Of a DNA stretch of 11,872 bases, positions 1-7,327 are shown piece after piece. The notes under the pieces were generated by a model. It ran no database searches, was not told the DNA's origin, and saw only the letters and a list, made by a program, of their open reading frames with translations. The stretch is from Bdellovibrionia bacterium. Its GTDB lineage: Bacteria; Bdellovibrionota; UBA1018. The stretch is from positions 1 through 11,872 of the forward strand of contig JBJMMA010000160.1 of assembly GCA_045805065.1 (NCBI GenBank), given 5' to 3'. How positions within the stretch are numbered: the first letter of the stretch is position 1; each line of letters starts with the position of its first letter. Made by a program: the position numbers and the translations under genes.

Positions 1-95
1 CGGCGCAGGAAAGAGGAAGGCTTACGGTCGTTCCAAAGCCTTATCCGAAACTTTGAGTTTTTCTCATTCAGAGCTTCCGTCTCTTAAATAGTTAC

Positions 96-104
96 TGTTA
101 AAAT
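96..104 (+). promoter_or_regulatory. Candidate extended -10 promoter (TGtTAAAAT) for the MFS-dedA operon
   Basis: TG-N-TAAAAT at 96-104 in an AT-rich stretch upstream of the MFS gene; motif match only. Confidence 0.4.
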
Positions 105-151
105 CGGCGAAGACTTCATGGCTTTAAAAGACTTAAGGACGAGTCTTCACG

Positions 152-1429
152 ATGCAGTATCTATTTTGGGAAGGCGCCTTCGCGATGGCGTATGAGACCT
201 GGATCGGTCCAACGTATCTGAGCGGCGTGGCGGGTGAGTTGGGTGTAGGCGTGATGTGGGTGGGGCTTTTGACCTCCATCCCGGCCATCGGGGCTGTTGC
301 GCAGCTCCTGGGGCTTTGGCATCTCCATCAAGCGCGTTCTATCAAGACCTATGCAATCCGCCTGGCAGGAGCCGCGCGCGGGCTTTGGGCGATTCCTGTT
401 TTCCTGGCCTGGTATTGGGGCATTCGAAGTTTCTCTCTGCATGAGCCTTTTCCCGCGACTCGTTGGTTTTTAGCGGCCGCGATCTGCTCTTGCCTTTCAG
501 CGGTTGTGGGATCTGCCAGTGGCGTTGCCTGGATGTCGTGGGTGAGGGATACCGTTCCTCAGAATTTTCGCGGACGGTTTTTCGGGCTTCGTCAGCGCTA
601 CACGATGGCCGCAGTCATTGCGGCGCATGCGATCGCGGTTCTTCTGATCGGCTGGAAGCCTTCGGGCATTCATCTGGGCTACGGGATTCTTCTGGTCCTG
701 GCTCTGGCAAGTGCCGCGCTCTCCACTTACTTTCTGGCGCAGGTGAGGGACGTGCGACGCCCTTCCGTCCAAGAAGCAATGAGTTTCTCGCAACTTCTTG
801 AGCCTTTTCAAAACGAGCGATTTCGCTCTCTCATTCTCTTTGGCTCCGTATTTAATGGAACCGTGCAGATGGCGGGACCGTTTTTTCCCTATTACTTCAC
901 ACGCGAGCTTCATCTCTCGATGAGCACGGTTTCGTTCTGGACCATTCTGACCCATGTCGGGTGGTTTGCAGCTTCGGTTTATTGGGGAAAGTGCGCGGAC
1001 GGAAAAAGACGCTTGAGTGTTCCGTTCTGGACGGCGCTTTGTCTGATCGCGATGTCGCCTGCGTTCTATATTTTCGCATCACCCCAGGCGGCTCTCTGGA
1101 TCGGACCAATCGATTATTTTACGAACGGGATTTTCTGGGCAGGCTATAGCCTGGTTTATACGACGCTTCTTTTGGAGGTGTGTCCTGCTGAGCGCTGCGG
1201 ACTTTATTATTCGGTTTATGCCGCATGCAATGGATTGGCAGGTGCCGCGGGTGGGCTTTTAGGCGGTCAGCTTGCACTGATTCTGATTCCGATGGGTGGC
1301 TTTCGAGCGCTTTGGGCTTTGGCCACGGTCTTACGACTGGGCGTGATCGCATTCATGTATCCGCTTTTGATTCAGGGCAATACGACAGAATCCGATTGCA
1401 CCCCAGTCGCGCACCCAGTAGCTTCTTAG
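152..1429 (+). CDS. MFS transporter
   Basis: 425 aa with about 12 hydrophobic segments. MFS-like loop motifs: 'SWVRDTVPQNFRGRFFG', 'WGKCADGKRR', 'LLEVCPAERCGLY'. AAGGA at 135-139 is a possible RBS, and an in-frame TAA at 134-136 fixes the earliest start. Confidence 0.88.
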   Translation: MQYLFWEGAFAMAYETWIGPTYLSGVAGELGVGVMWVGLLTSIPAIGAVAQLLGLWHLHQARSIKTYAIRLAGAARGLWAIPVFLAWYWGIRSFSLHEPFPATRWFLAAAICSCLSAVVGSASGVAWMSWVRDTVPQNFRGRFFGLRQRYTMAAVIAAHAIAVLLIGWKPSGIHLGYGILLVLALASAALSTYFLAQVRDVRRPSVQEAMSFSQLLEPFQNERFRSLILFGSVFNGTVQMAGPFFPYYFTRELHLSMSTVSFWTILTHVGWFAASVYWGKCADGKRRLSVPFWTALCLIAMSPAFYIFASPQAALWIGPIDYFTNGIFWAGYSLVYTTLLLEVCPAERCGLYYSVYAACNGLAGAAGGLLGGQLALILIPMGGFRALWALATVLRLGVIAFMYPLLIQGNTTESDCTPVAHPVAS

Positions 1430-1434
1430 CTACT

Positions 1435-2091
1435 ATGCTCGAATGGTTACATGAACTTCACTCGGCCGCAGGTATTTCTCATCTTATTGAAGTGGGAGGT
1501 CTCTACGTTTTGATGGCGATCGTCTTTGCTGAGACAGGACTGCTTGCAGGGTTCTTTCTGCCAGGCGATTCGCTTCTCATCACGGCCGGAGTTCTTGCTA
1601 ATCCTTTGAACCCGAATCACATCTCCACGCTTGAGATCGCGACGCTGAATTTCTGTCTGGCGTTGGCAGTCATCTGCGGAGATCAACTGGGATACTTCCT
1701 GGGCACCAAAGCGGGGGGAGCGATCTGGAATCGTCCGGATGGACGCTTCTACAAACGCAAGCACCTGGAAGCTGCGCAAGGCTTTTATCAAACCTACGGT
1801 GGCTTCTCCGTGATTGCCGCCAAGTATGTCCCGATCTTCAGAACTTTCGTTCCCTTTGTCGCAGGCATTGCGCGCATGCCTTATCGCAAGTTTGCGATGT
1901 GGGACATCTCAGGCGGAATCCTCTGGATCAGCTCGCTTCTCTGGATTGGCTATTTCTTAGGCCAGACCCCGCTTGCCAATCGCCTCGATAAACTCATCTT
2001 GGTCGTGATCGTTGTCTCGTTACTTCCGATGGCATTTGGCGCTTTGAAGCGCTGGCTTGCCTCTCAAAAAAATGCGGTTAAGGCTGAATAA
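1435..2091 (+). CDS. dedA: DedA family membrane protein (VTT/SNARE-associated domain)
   Basis: Family motifs 'IVFAETGLLAGFFLPGDSLLITAG', 'GDQLGYFLG', 'KYVPIFRTFVPFVAGIARMPYRKF'. Start moved from the track's 1225 (which overlaps the MFS gene) to ATG 1435, 5 nt after the MFS stop. Confidence 0.93.
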   Translation: MLEWLHELHSAAGISHLIEVGGLYVLMAIVFAETGLLAGFFLPGDSLLITAGVLANPLNPNHISTLEIATLNFCLALAVICGDQLGYFLGTKAGGAIWNRPDGRFYKRKHLEAAQGFYQTYGGFSVIAAKYVPIFRTFVPFVAGIARMPYRKFAMWDISGGILWISSLLWIGYFLGQTPLANRLDKLILVVIVVSLLPMAFGALKRWLASQKNAVKAE

Positions 2092-2108
2092 GTCGAAAAA
2101 ATTACGCA

Positions 2109-2124
2109 CGGCATAAAGATCGCT
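2109..2124 (+). promoter_or_regulatory. Candidate sigma54 -24/-12 promoter for the secreted protease
   Basis: CGGCATAAAGATCGCT: GG(2110-2111)-N10-GC(2122-2123), about 36 nt upstream of ATG 2160. Confidence 0.4.
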
Positions 2125-2159
2125 TGGCAACCTCTCTTCTCGCTGATAGAGAAGCGGCC

Positions 2160-3071
2160 ATGCTCATAAGCCGTCTTTGGATCTTCCTGGTTCTTTTGTC
2201 ATGGGTTCCTCAAGGGGCATCGGCCATGACCATGCCGATGAACCATCTGGAGATTCAAGATAATCCGCGAGCTCTTTATAATATCTCGCCTGTGATGTTC
2301 CGGCAGATCATTGATCAAGTGGTCACCGCTTTTTCGCCGATTGTTCGATTTCATGGAGGTGAGCTGAAGGCCAACTATTTTTGGGACAATCGTCTGGTCA
2401 ATGCCTCGGCCACCCGCGAGGGAAATGTCTGGATGCTCAATATGTACGGAGGACTTGCCCGTCGTAGGGAAATCACTCCGGACGCGTTTTCTCTGGTGGT
2501 CTGCCATGAGCTGGGTCACCACCTGGGGGGATTCCCCTTTGTCAGTGCGGGTTTATGGGCAGCGGATGAAGGTCAGGCGGATTATTTCGCGGCTCACACC
2601 TGTGCTCCCGTGATCTGGGGTCGCGATTTTCAAGGCAATGCGATTCATCGCTACACCGTTGATCCGGTCGCCAAGCTTTACTGCGATCGCTCCACGCTGC
2701 ACCAGACGGAGCGCGATCTTTGCTATCGCATTGCCGACGCGGCCCAATCGCTTTCCAATCTCTTGAATACCATCGAGGACGCCCGTCGTCCTGTTGCGTA
2801 CAAGAACGCAAACAACGCGATCCACACCTGGGCAACTTATCATGGTCACCCGAAGGCGCAGTGCCGCTTGGAGACTTTTCTCAATGGCGCGATCTGCGGA
2901 CGCAAATCGGATCTTCGGGTCATCCCGGCCTACGACATGAATATCGTCGGTGGTTCTCTCCTGGAAGAAGAGAAAGAAGCCGCGAGATACTCCTGCGCTG
3001 AGCGTGGAGCCGTTTACGATGGCGCGCGCCCGCGCTGCTGGTTTCAGCAGATCTTGGTGAACTGGGATTGA
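2160..3071 (+). CDS. Secreted zinc metallopeptidase (HExxH, M48/gluzincin-like), Cys-rich
   Basis: Signal peptide 'MLISRLWIFLVLLSWVPQGASA'; 'VNASA' strand; HELGH at 2505-2519; downstream third-ligand motif 'EGQADYFA'; 'HPKAQCRL'; 8 Cys. ATG 2160 preferred over the track's TTG 2124 because it places the signal peptide at the N-terminus. Confidence 0.8.
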   Translation: MLISRLWIFLVLLSWVPQGASAMTMPMNHLEIQDNPRALYNISPVMFRQIIDQVVTAFSPIVRFHGGELKANYFWDNRLVNASATREGNVWMLNMYGGLARRREITPDAFSLVVCHELGHHLGGFPFVSAGLWAADEGQADYFAAHTCAPVIWGRDFQGNAIHRYTVDPVAKLYCDRSTLHQTERDLCYRIADAAQSLSNLLNTIEDARRPVAYKNANNAIHTWATYHGHPKAQCRLETFLNGAICGRKSDLRVIPAYDMNIVGGSLLEEEKEAARYSCAERGAVYDGARPRCWFQQILVNWD

Positions 3072-3097
3072 TCGCGCTGCTTTCGAACGCAATCAGG

Positions 3098-3126
3098 TGT
3101 TAACAAAAAGTTTCACTTTGTTAACA
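3098..3126. promoter_or_regulatory. Inverted repeat with two TGTTAACA palindromes (operator candidate)
   Basis: TGTTAACAAA(3098-3107)-aagtttcac-TTTGTTAACA(3117-3126); palindrome centres are 21 bp apart. Confidence 0.55.
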
Positions 3127-3132
3127 ACGTTA

Positions 3133-3161
3133 TTGACGCATTGTGTATGAGCCGGTAGGTT
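3133..3161 (+). promoter_or_regulatory. Candidate sigma70 promoter for the TIGR02147 operon
   Basis: TTGACG(3133-3138)-17 bp-TAGGTT(3156-3161); ATG follows 9 nt later with no Shine-Dalgarno sequence. Confidence 0.55.
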
Positions 3162-3170
3162 CCAGCCCGA

Positions 3171-4022
3171 ATGGAACAACCGAGCCTCGAGCCAAACGTA
3201 CCAAAGGTATTTGATTACGCAGATCCAGTGGATTTTCTGAACGCATTCATTCAATCCGTTCAGGAGAGAAACCCGCAGTTCTCTCTGCGGTCCTGGAGCA
3301 AGCAATTGGGCCTGAGCCATGTTGCGATGCTCTCCATGGTTCTGAATCGCAAAAGAAGGCTGCTTCCAAGCCTTTCAAGCAAGATCAGCGCTCAGTTCCT
3401 GCATCAAGGACGCTTCACTCAGAACGAGGCTCGTTACTTTGACATGCTCGTTCTTTTCTCAAACGCATCGACGATTGATGAGAAGAACTTCTATCAGCGT
3501 ATTTTGAGCGAGCTTCGGCCGGATCGGGAGTTCGTTACGCTGGATCTTGATCGCGTTCGGCTTCTGGCGGACTGGTATCACATCGCCATTTTAGAGATGA
3601 CCTATCTCAAAGATTTCAAATCCGATCCCCGATGGATCTGCTTGCGCCTCGGGGACAGCGTGAACGAAAGACAAGTGAAGGACGCAATCGATCGATTGGT
3701 TCGTCTGGGTCTGCTTGAGCATACTGAACAGGGACTGAGAAAGACTCAGCGGATCTTGGAGAGTCCCAGCGATATCCCGAGTGATGCGTTGAGAGAGTTC
3801 CACTCTCAGATGATTCAAAGATCCATCGGCGCCATGAAAAAACAGGCTGTTCACGATCGCGAGATCAGCAGCGAGACCATGGCGATTTCAAAGGAGCGGC
3901 TTCCTGAAGCCAAGCGGATGATCCGCGATTTCAGGAAAAAGCTCTCTCAGTTTCTCGAATCCGACCAGAACGACGCCGTCTATCAATTGAACGTCCAGCT
4001 CTTTAACGTCTTGGAGTCCTAG
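3171..4022 (+). CDS. TIGR02147 family protein (N-terminal Xre-like HTH plus DUF4423), putative transcriptional regulator
   Basis: Recognised family motifs: 'NPQFSLRSWSKQLGL...LSMVLNRKRRL', 'DWYHIAILEM', 'RLVRLGLL', 'FHSQMI', 'REISSETMAI', C-terminal 'VYQLNVQLF'. Confidence 0.88.
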   Translation: MEQPSLEPNVPKVFDYADPVDFLNAFIQSVQERNPQFSLRSWSKQLGLSHVAMLSMVLNRKRRLLPSLSSKISAQFLHQGRFTQNEARYFDMLVLFSNASTIDEKNFYQRILSELRPDREFVTLDLDRVRLLADWYHIAILEMTYLKDFKSDPRWICLRLGDSVNERQVKDAIDRLVRLGLLEHTEQGLRKTQRILESPSDIPSDALREFHSQMIQRSIGAMKKQAVHDREISSETMAISKERLPEAKRMIRDFRKKLSQFLESDQNDAVYQLNVQLFNVLES

Positions 4023-4023
4023 T

Positions 4024-5010
4024 ATGTTGAACAAGTTTTTTGTAACCGCATTTGCTCTTGCTGCCGCGATCAATTCTTTTGCCTCTTCCAATGCTCTTGC
4101 ATCAAGGGGCGAGGGAACGGGTATGGGGAATGGCGGCGATATATGTGAAGACCGCTTTAAAGTCGTTCGTGACGATATCGCTTCTTGGGTGCTGCAAGGA
4201 GGATCGGCTGGGCTCGCGCTTCCGCAAGAAATCTCTGTTGAACATTATAATGCTGCGATTCTCACACAGATTGCCAACGCCAAGATCAGCTGCACGGATG
4301 AAAAGGTGATGGTTGGCACCGCCGAAAAGACCTGTAAGAACTTCGTGGATTCCTCAGGCAAGTCTCAGATTCTTTGCAACGCCTCACGTTTCAAAAACAC
4401 GGGAAGCTCTGATCAGTATGTTCTTGTTCACCACGAGTACGCAGGGCTCGCAGGTTTTGAGGTGAATAGTGATGAAGAATCTCATTATGCGATCTCCAAT
4501 CAACTGACCGAGTACCTTCGCGATCAAGTCGTTCAAAAGCTCGGGATCAAACCACGCCTTCCAAAGGCGCGGGATCTCTTCAAGCAAGCAAGTGCTGCAA
4601 CCTTGGAAGATCTTGATGTCGGCACCGCTCGCGATTGCGATTATTACTGGGGAAGTGAGCGCCTGGATGACCAGCATACTTACACCGAGATCGCGATTCA
4701 AAAGCAGGATGTGAATCCTTCGAGCGAAAAGCCAATTGCATCTGGCATCGCTTTTGGACTGAGCTCTGCTGTTGCCAACCACTATCCATTTTCTCAGGAG
4801 GTAGCATTCACCTCTCAGGGGGTTGTTGTGGCGGATGAAAATGGAGGCGTAATTCACTCCGTTCGTGCTTTGGCCAATAAGACTCTCATCATTGAACTCG
4901 GGCTGAATACCGGGGGCGGGATTCAATCCGTCGCGGATCCGACGAAATGGGCGTTGGGTTACATCGTCTGCAAGGCGACAGGCAAAGAATCAATCTTGCC
5001 TGAGTTTTGA
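4024..5010 (+). CDS. Secreted hypothetical protein with GNGG motif after the signal peptide and an HHEYAG motif
   Basis: Signal peptide 'MLNKFFVTAFALAAAINSFASSNALA'; GEGTGMGNGGD (GNGG at 4126-4137); HHEYAG at 4429-4446. Starts 1 nt after the upstream TAG, with GGAG at 4013-4016 as RBS. Confidence 0.8.
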   Translation: MLNKFFVTAFALAAAINSFASSNALASRGEGTGMGNGGDICEDRFKVVRDDIASWVLQGGSAGLALPQEISVEHYNAAILTQIANAKISCTDEKVMVGTAEKTCKNFVDSSGKSQILCNASRFKNTGSSDQYVLVHHEYAGLAGFEVNSDEESHYAISNQLTEYLRDQVVQKLGIKPRLPKARDLFKQASAATLEDLDVGTARDCDYYWGSERLDDQHTYTEIAIQKQDVNPSSEKPIASGIAFGLSSAVANHYPFSQEVAFTSQGVVVADENGGVIHSVRALANKTLIIELGLNTGGGIQSVADPTKWALGYIVCKATGKESILPEF

Positions 5011-5025
5011 TCAAGAACTGGAAAG

Positions 5026-5063
5026 ACAAATGGCTTTTACCCGAGCGGGCAAAAGCCATTTGT
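5026..5063. terminator. Probable bidirectional intrinsic terminator between convergent genes
   Basis: ACAAATGGCTTTT-a-CCC-gagc-GGG-c-AAAAGCCATTTGT: 13-bp perfect outer stem plus 3-bp inner stem, lying between stops at 5010 (+) and 5096 (-). Confidence 0.8.
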
Positions 5064-5095
5064 GATCAGTTGATCGTAGAGATGTCGGCTGTCAG

Positions 5096-6127
5096 TTAGT
5101 CCAATAAGCCAGCTTGAGCTTTGGAATCGCTCATCGAAGGCGCGCTTCCAGAAGAAGCGGAATCCTTCGCGGCTTTGCCTGCAATGGCCGATTGCGAAGC
5201 GGAGGATTCACCGAGTGTCCGTCCTTGAGTCAAAAGCAGGTTGTCCAGTCCAGTGCTGAACGTATCATTGAGCTGCTTTGCGGTGGCGTACTTGCATTGG
5301 CCCTTGGTGTTCACGATGACGCCGAGAACAAGTCTCGTAGATTTTTCTTCGGTAATCTCTGGGCCGTAAGTGAGGTTGGAGTCCTTTTGCCATCCGTCAG
5401 TATTATTGGTGAACTCAACAGTGACTTCTTTGGTCTGAATGAGGTTGAGGTAATTCAGGCTTTTCTCATTCTTAAGTGACAAAGCGAGCTCTGCCTCCGC
5501 TTTCTTGATGCAAGGTGCTTCTTTTGTTGCATGAGCGTATTTTGCGGGGTTGACTTCATTCTTCTCAAGTTCCTTCTTCAGAGAAGCAAAGTCCGCGTAG
5601 GCGTGAAATATGCGGGTATCGACCTTGGTGCCATGTCGCGAGCAAATCTCGTTAGCTGAGCTTCTGTCAAATGCACCGCCTCGCGACGACAAGACGACCG
5701 GTGTAATCGCGAATAATCTTCCATATTGATGTTCAACAGCATAGCACTGAGCTTCGGGTGATGGATGAATCTTGACCTGAGCTGCTTTGGTACGAGCATA
5801 ATTATCTAATTGCAGACCGGTGCACATGTCTGTGTATTCTAATTTGTGATAGCCGACGACGTAGCATTGGCCCTCCTCTGAAGCAGGAAGGCTCACAGTG
5901 GCGTCCTCGTTTTCTGGGCGTGGTGTGAATAAGTCAGTGCGCTTGACGTTGACGCTGATGTCGCTGAGCTTTTGAGAAAGGCTCGAAAAAGGAACGTAAT
6001 CCTTGAATGCCGCTCCTTCGTTCGGATCAGGGATGCCTGGCAGTTGGGCTTTGAACTCTTGAGCAAATGCAGAAGCGCTCAAAATCATACATCCCAAGAT
6101 CACTCCAAATACTTTCTTGTTTCTCAT
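5096..6127 (-). CDS. Secreted hypothetical protein with Ser/Ala-rich C-terminal tail
   Basis: Signal peptide 'MRNKKVFGVILGCMILSASAFA'; AAGGAG RBS upstream on the minus strand; 6 Cys in the mature part; no family recognised. Confidence 0.8.
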   Translation of the reverse strand: MRNKKVFGVILGCMILSASAFAQEFKAQLPGIPDPNEGAAFKDYVPFSSLSQKLSDISVNVKRTDLFTPRPENEDATVSLPASEEGQCYVVGYHKLEYTDMCTGLQLDNYARTKAAQVKIHPSPEAQCYAVEHQYGRLFAITPVVLSSRGGAFDRSSANEICSRHGTKVDTRIFHAYADFASLKKELEKNEVNPAKYAHATKEAPCIKKAEAELALSLKNEKSLNYLNLIQTKEVTVEFTNNTDGWQKDSNLTYGPEITEEKSTRLVLGVIVNTKGQCKYATAKQLNDTFSTGLDNLLLTQGRTLGESSASQSAIAGKAAKDSASSGSAPSMSDSKAQAGLLD

Positions 6128-6162
6128 ATCTCTACTCTCTCCTTAATCGTGCAGGCATTTAT

Positions 6163-6179
6163 TGCAGGCGATAGGCCAA
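6163..6179 (-). promoter_or_regulatory. Candidate sigma54 -24/-12 promoter for 5096..6127
   Basis: Minus strand TTGGCCTATCGCCTGCA: GG(6177-6176)-N10-GC(6165-6164); the predicted start site falls just upstream of the AAGGAG RBS. Confidence 0.5.
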
Positions 6180-6282
6180 AGAGATTTTCGAGTGAAATAA
6201 TGAAGTTGCGATCCATGTGTCGAACAGGACCCATCAGAAAAGTGACTGCAGCTGACTAAGTTCTGGTCATTTCCGTTTTCAT

Positions 6283-6687
6283 TTAATCCAGAAAAAGCGC
6301 GCGCTCGTCAGGCGATGGTAATCGACATGTCTCGCGCTTTCCAAACCAGCGATAGCGATTACGCGCGATGAAGCGATAGATGGGATCGCGAACAAAACCT
6401 GGGATTACTCGCAAAAGTACAGTCAGCCGCCATGCCCCGCCCAAGCTGCTCAAAATTCGGAGCACAGCCAAAGACTCGGAAGAAGTCGATCCATTCTGAT
6501 AAAAAACCACAGACTCTAACTTTTCCCCGGCGCCGAGGCCAAGTAAGTCACGGGACGTTTTTCCCTGCAAAGAAGCGAAACGCAAAACTCGGCGATGGTC
6601 CTGGCGGACCAAAAAGTCCACAAACCCATTGCAGAGGTTGCAGACGCCGTCGAAAAACACGATGGAGGAGGGTATTTCTCTATCCAT
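6283..6687 (-). CDS. Thiol-disulfide oxidoreductase, DCC family (DUF393/YuxK-like)
   Basis: 'VFFDGVCNLCNGFVDFL', 'RFASLQ', 'RDPIYRFIARNRYRWFGKRETCRLP' are diagnostic for the family. Confidence 0.93.
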   Translation of the reverse strand: MDREIPSSIVFFDGVCNLCNGFVDFLVRQDHRRVLRFASLQGKTSRDLLGLGAGEKLESVVFYQNGSTSSESLAVLRILSSLGGAWRLTVLLRVIPGFVRDPIYRFIARNRYRWFGKRETCRLPSPDERALFLD

Positions 6688-6743
6688 ACCTATTCAGGGT
6701 ATCATATATCTTTAGGCGATCTAAAGTTTAAGGGGAGCGGCTC

Positions 6744-7253
6744 ATGGCCCAGAACAAATTTCAGTTTCGCTTTCAACTCACTGAAGACCAGTTCAGAGAG
6801 GCGCATCGCGCCTATTTGCGACACTCGCTGCTAACGGTCAAAAACCTCTTCATGGTCACCATCGCGCTCCTCATCGGCTTGGTCCAGGCGCAACTCTTTG
6901 GTCAGGCCAATTGGGTCCTTTGGATCTTTGGCGGGGCCTGGCTTGCGGTCGTGGGGCTCTGCTTCTTTGTCTACTTCTGGATGCCGGGGAAAATCTTTCG
7001 GGCGCGCCCAAGCCTCTCAGCGCCTCAGGCCGTTCAGGTGGATCAAGAAGGCCTCGATTGGAAGTCCGGGGAGAAGCATCGCCTGATCGCCTGGAAAGAG
7101 ATCAAACGGGCGTCTGATATCCATCCGGAATATGTCTATTTTCATCCTCATCACGGACTTCCGGAGATCCTTCCCAAGAGCGTTTTCCGCTCGGATGAGG
7201 AACTTCAGGGCTTTGATCGGTTTGTTCAAAACTGTCTTCATCCGGATAGTTAG
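6744..7253 (+). CDS. YcxB-family membrane protein
   Basis: Two transmembrane helices followed by a soluble domain with 'IAWKEIKR' and 'ILPKSVFRSDEELQGF'; AAGGGGAG RBS at 6730-6737. Confidence 0.75.
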   Translation: MAQNKFQFRFQLTEDQFREAHRAYLRHSLLTVKNLFMVTIALLIGLVQAQLFGQANWVLWIFGGAWLAVVGLCFFVYFWMPGKIFRARPSLSAPQAVQVDQEGLDWKSGEKHRLIAWKEIKRASDIHPEYVYFHPHHGLPEILPKSVFRSDEELQGFDRFVQNCLHPDS

Positions 7254-7291
7254 TCAGACAGTGAAATAATGGGCACCCGATAGAGTCAGGC

Positions 7292-7320
7292 TTGACCCTA
7301 GGCGGCAGGATTGCTAGATA
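7292..7320 (+). promoter_or_regulatory. Candidate sigma70 promoter giving a leaderless DHS-like mRNA
   Basis: TTGACC(7292-7297)-17 bp-TAGATA(7315-7320), with an extended TG at 7312-7313; ATG is 7 nt downstream; the -10 box is imperfect. Confidence 0.4.
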
Positions 7321-7327
7321 GCTGTCC

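Noticed and set aside
1..90. Possible 3' end of an upstream gene and a small inverted repeat AAGGCTT/AAGCCTT (17-42)
   Set aside because: All three plus frames are open for only 17-29 codons with no recognisable motif, so no frame can be chosen
1225..1434. 70-aa N-terminal extension of DedA in the ORF track
   Set aside because: Overlaps the MFS coding region and does not resemble DedA; ATG 1435 gives a normal-length protein
6311..6600. GGCGATGG strings resembling the 5' end of a fluoride riboswitch
   Set aside because: They lie antisense within the DCC coding sequence, lack the rest of the motif, and are far from the CLC gene
6710..6726. Inverted repeat CTTTAG-N5-CTAAAG between the divergent DCC and YcxB genes
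   Set aside because: Only 6 bp in AT-rich DNA; too weak without conservation data
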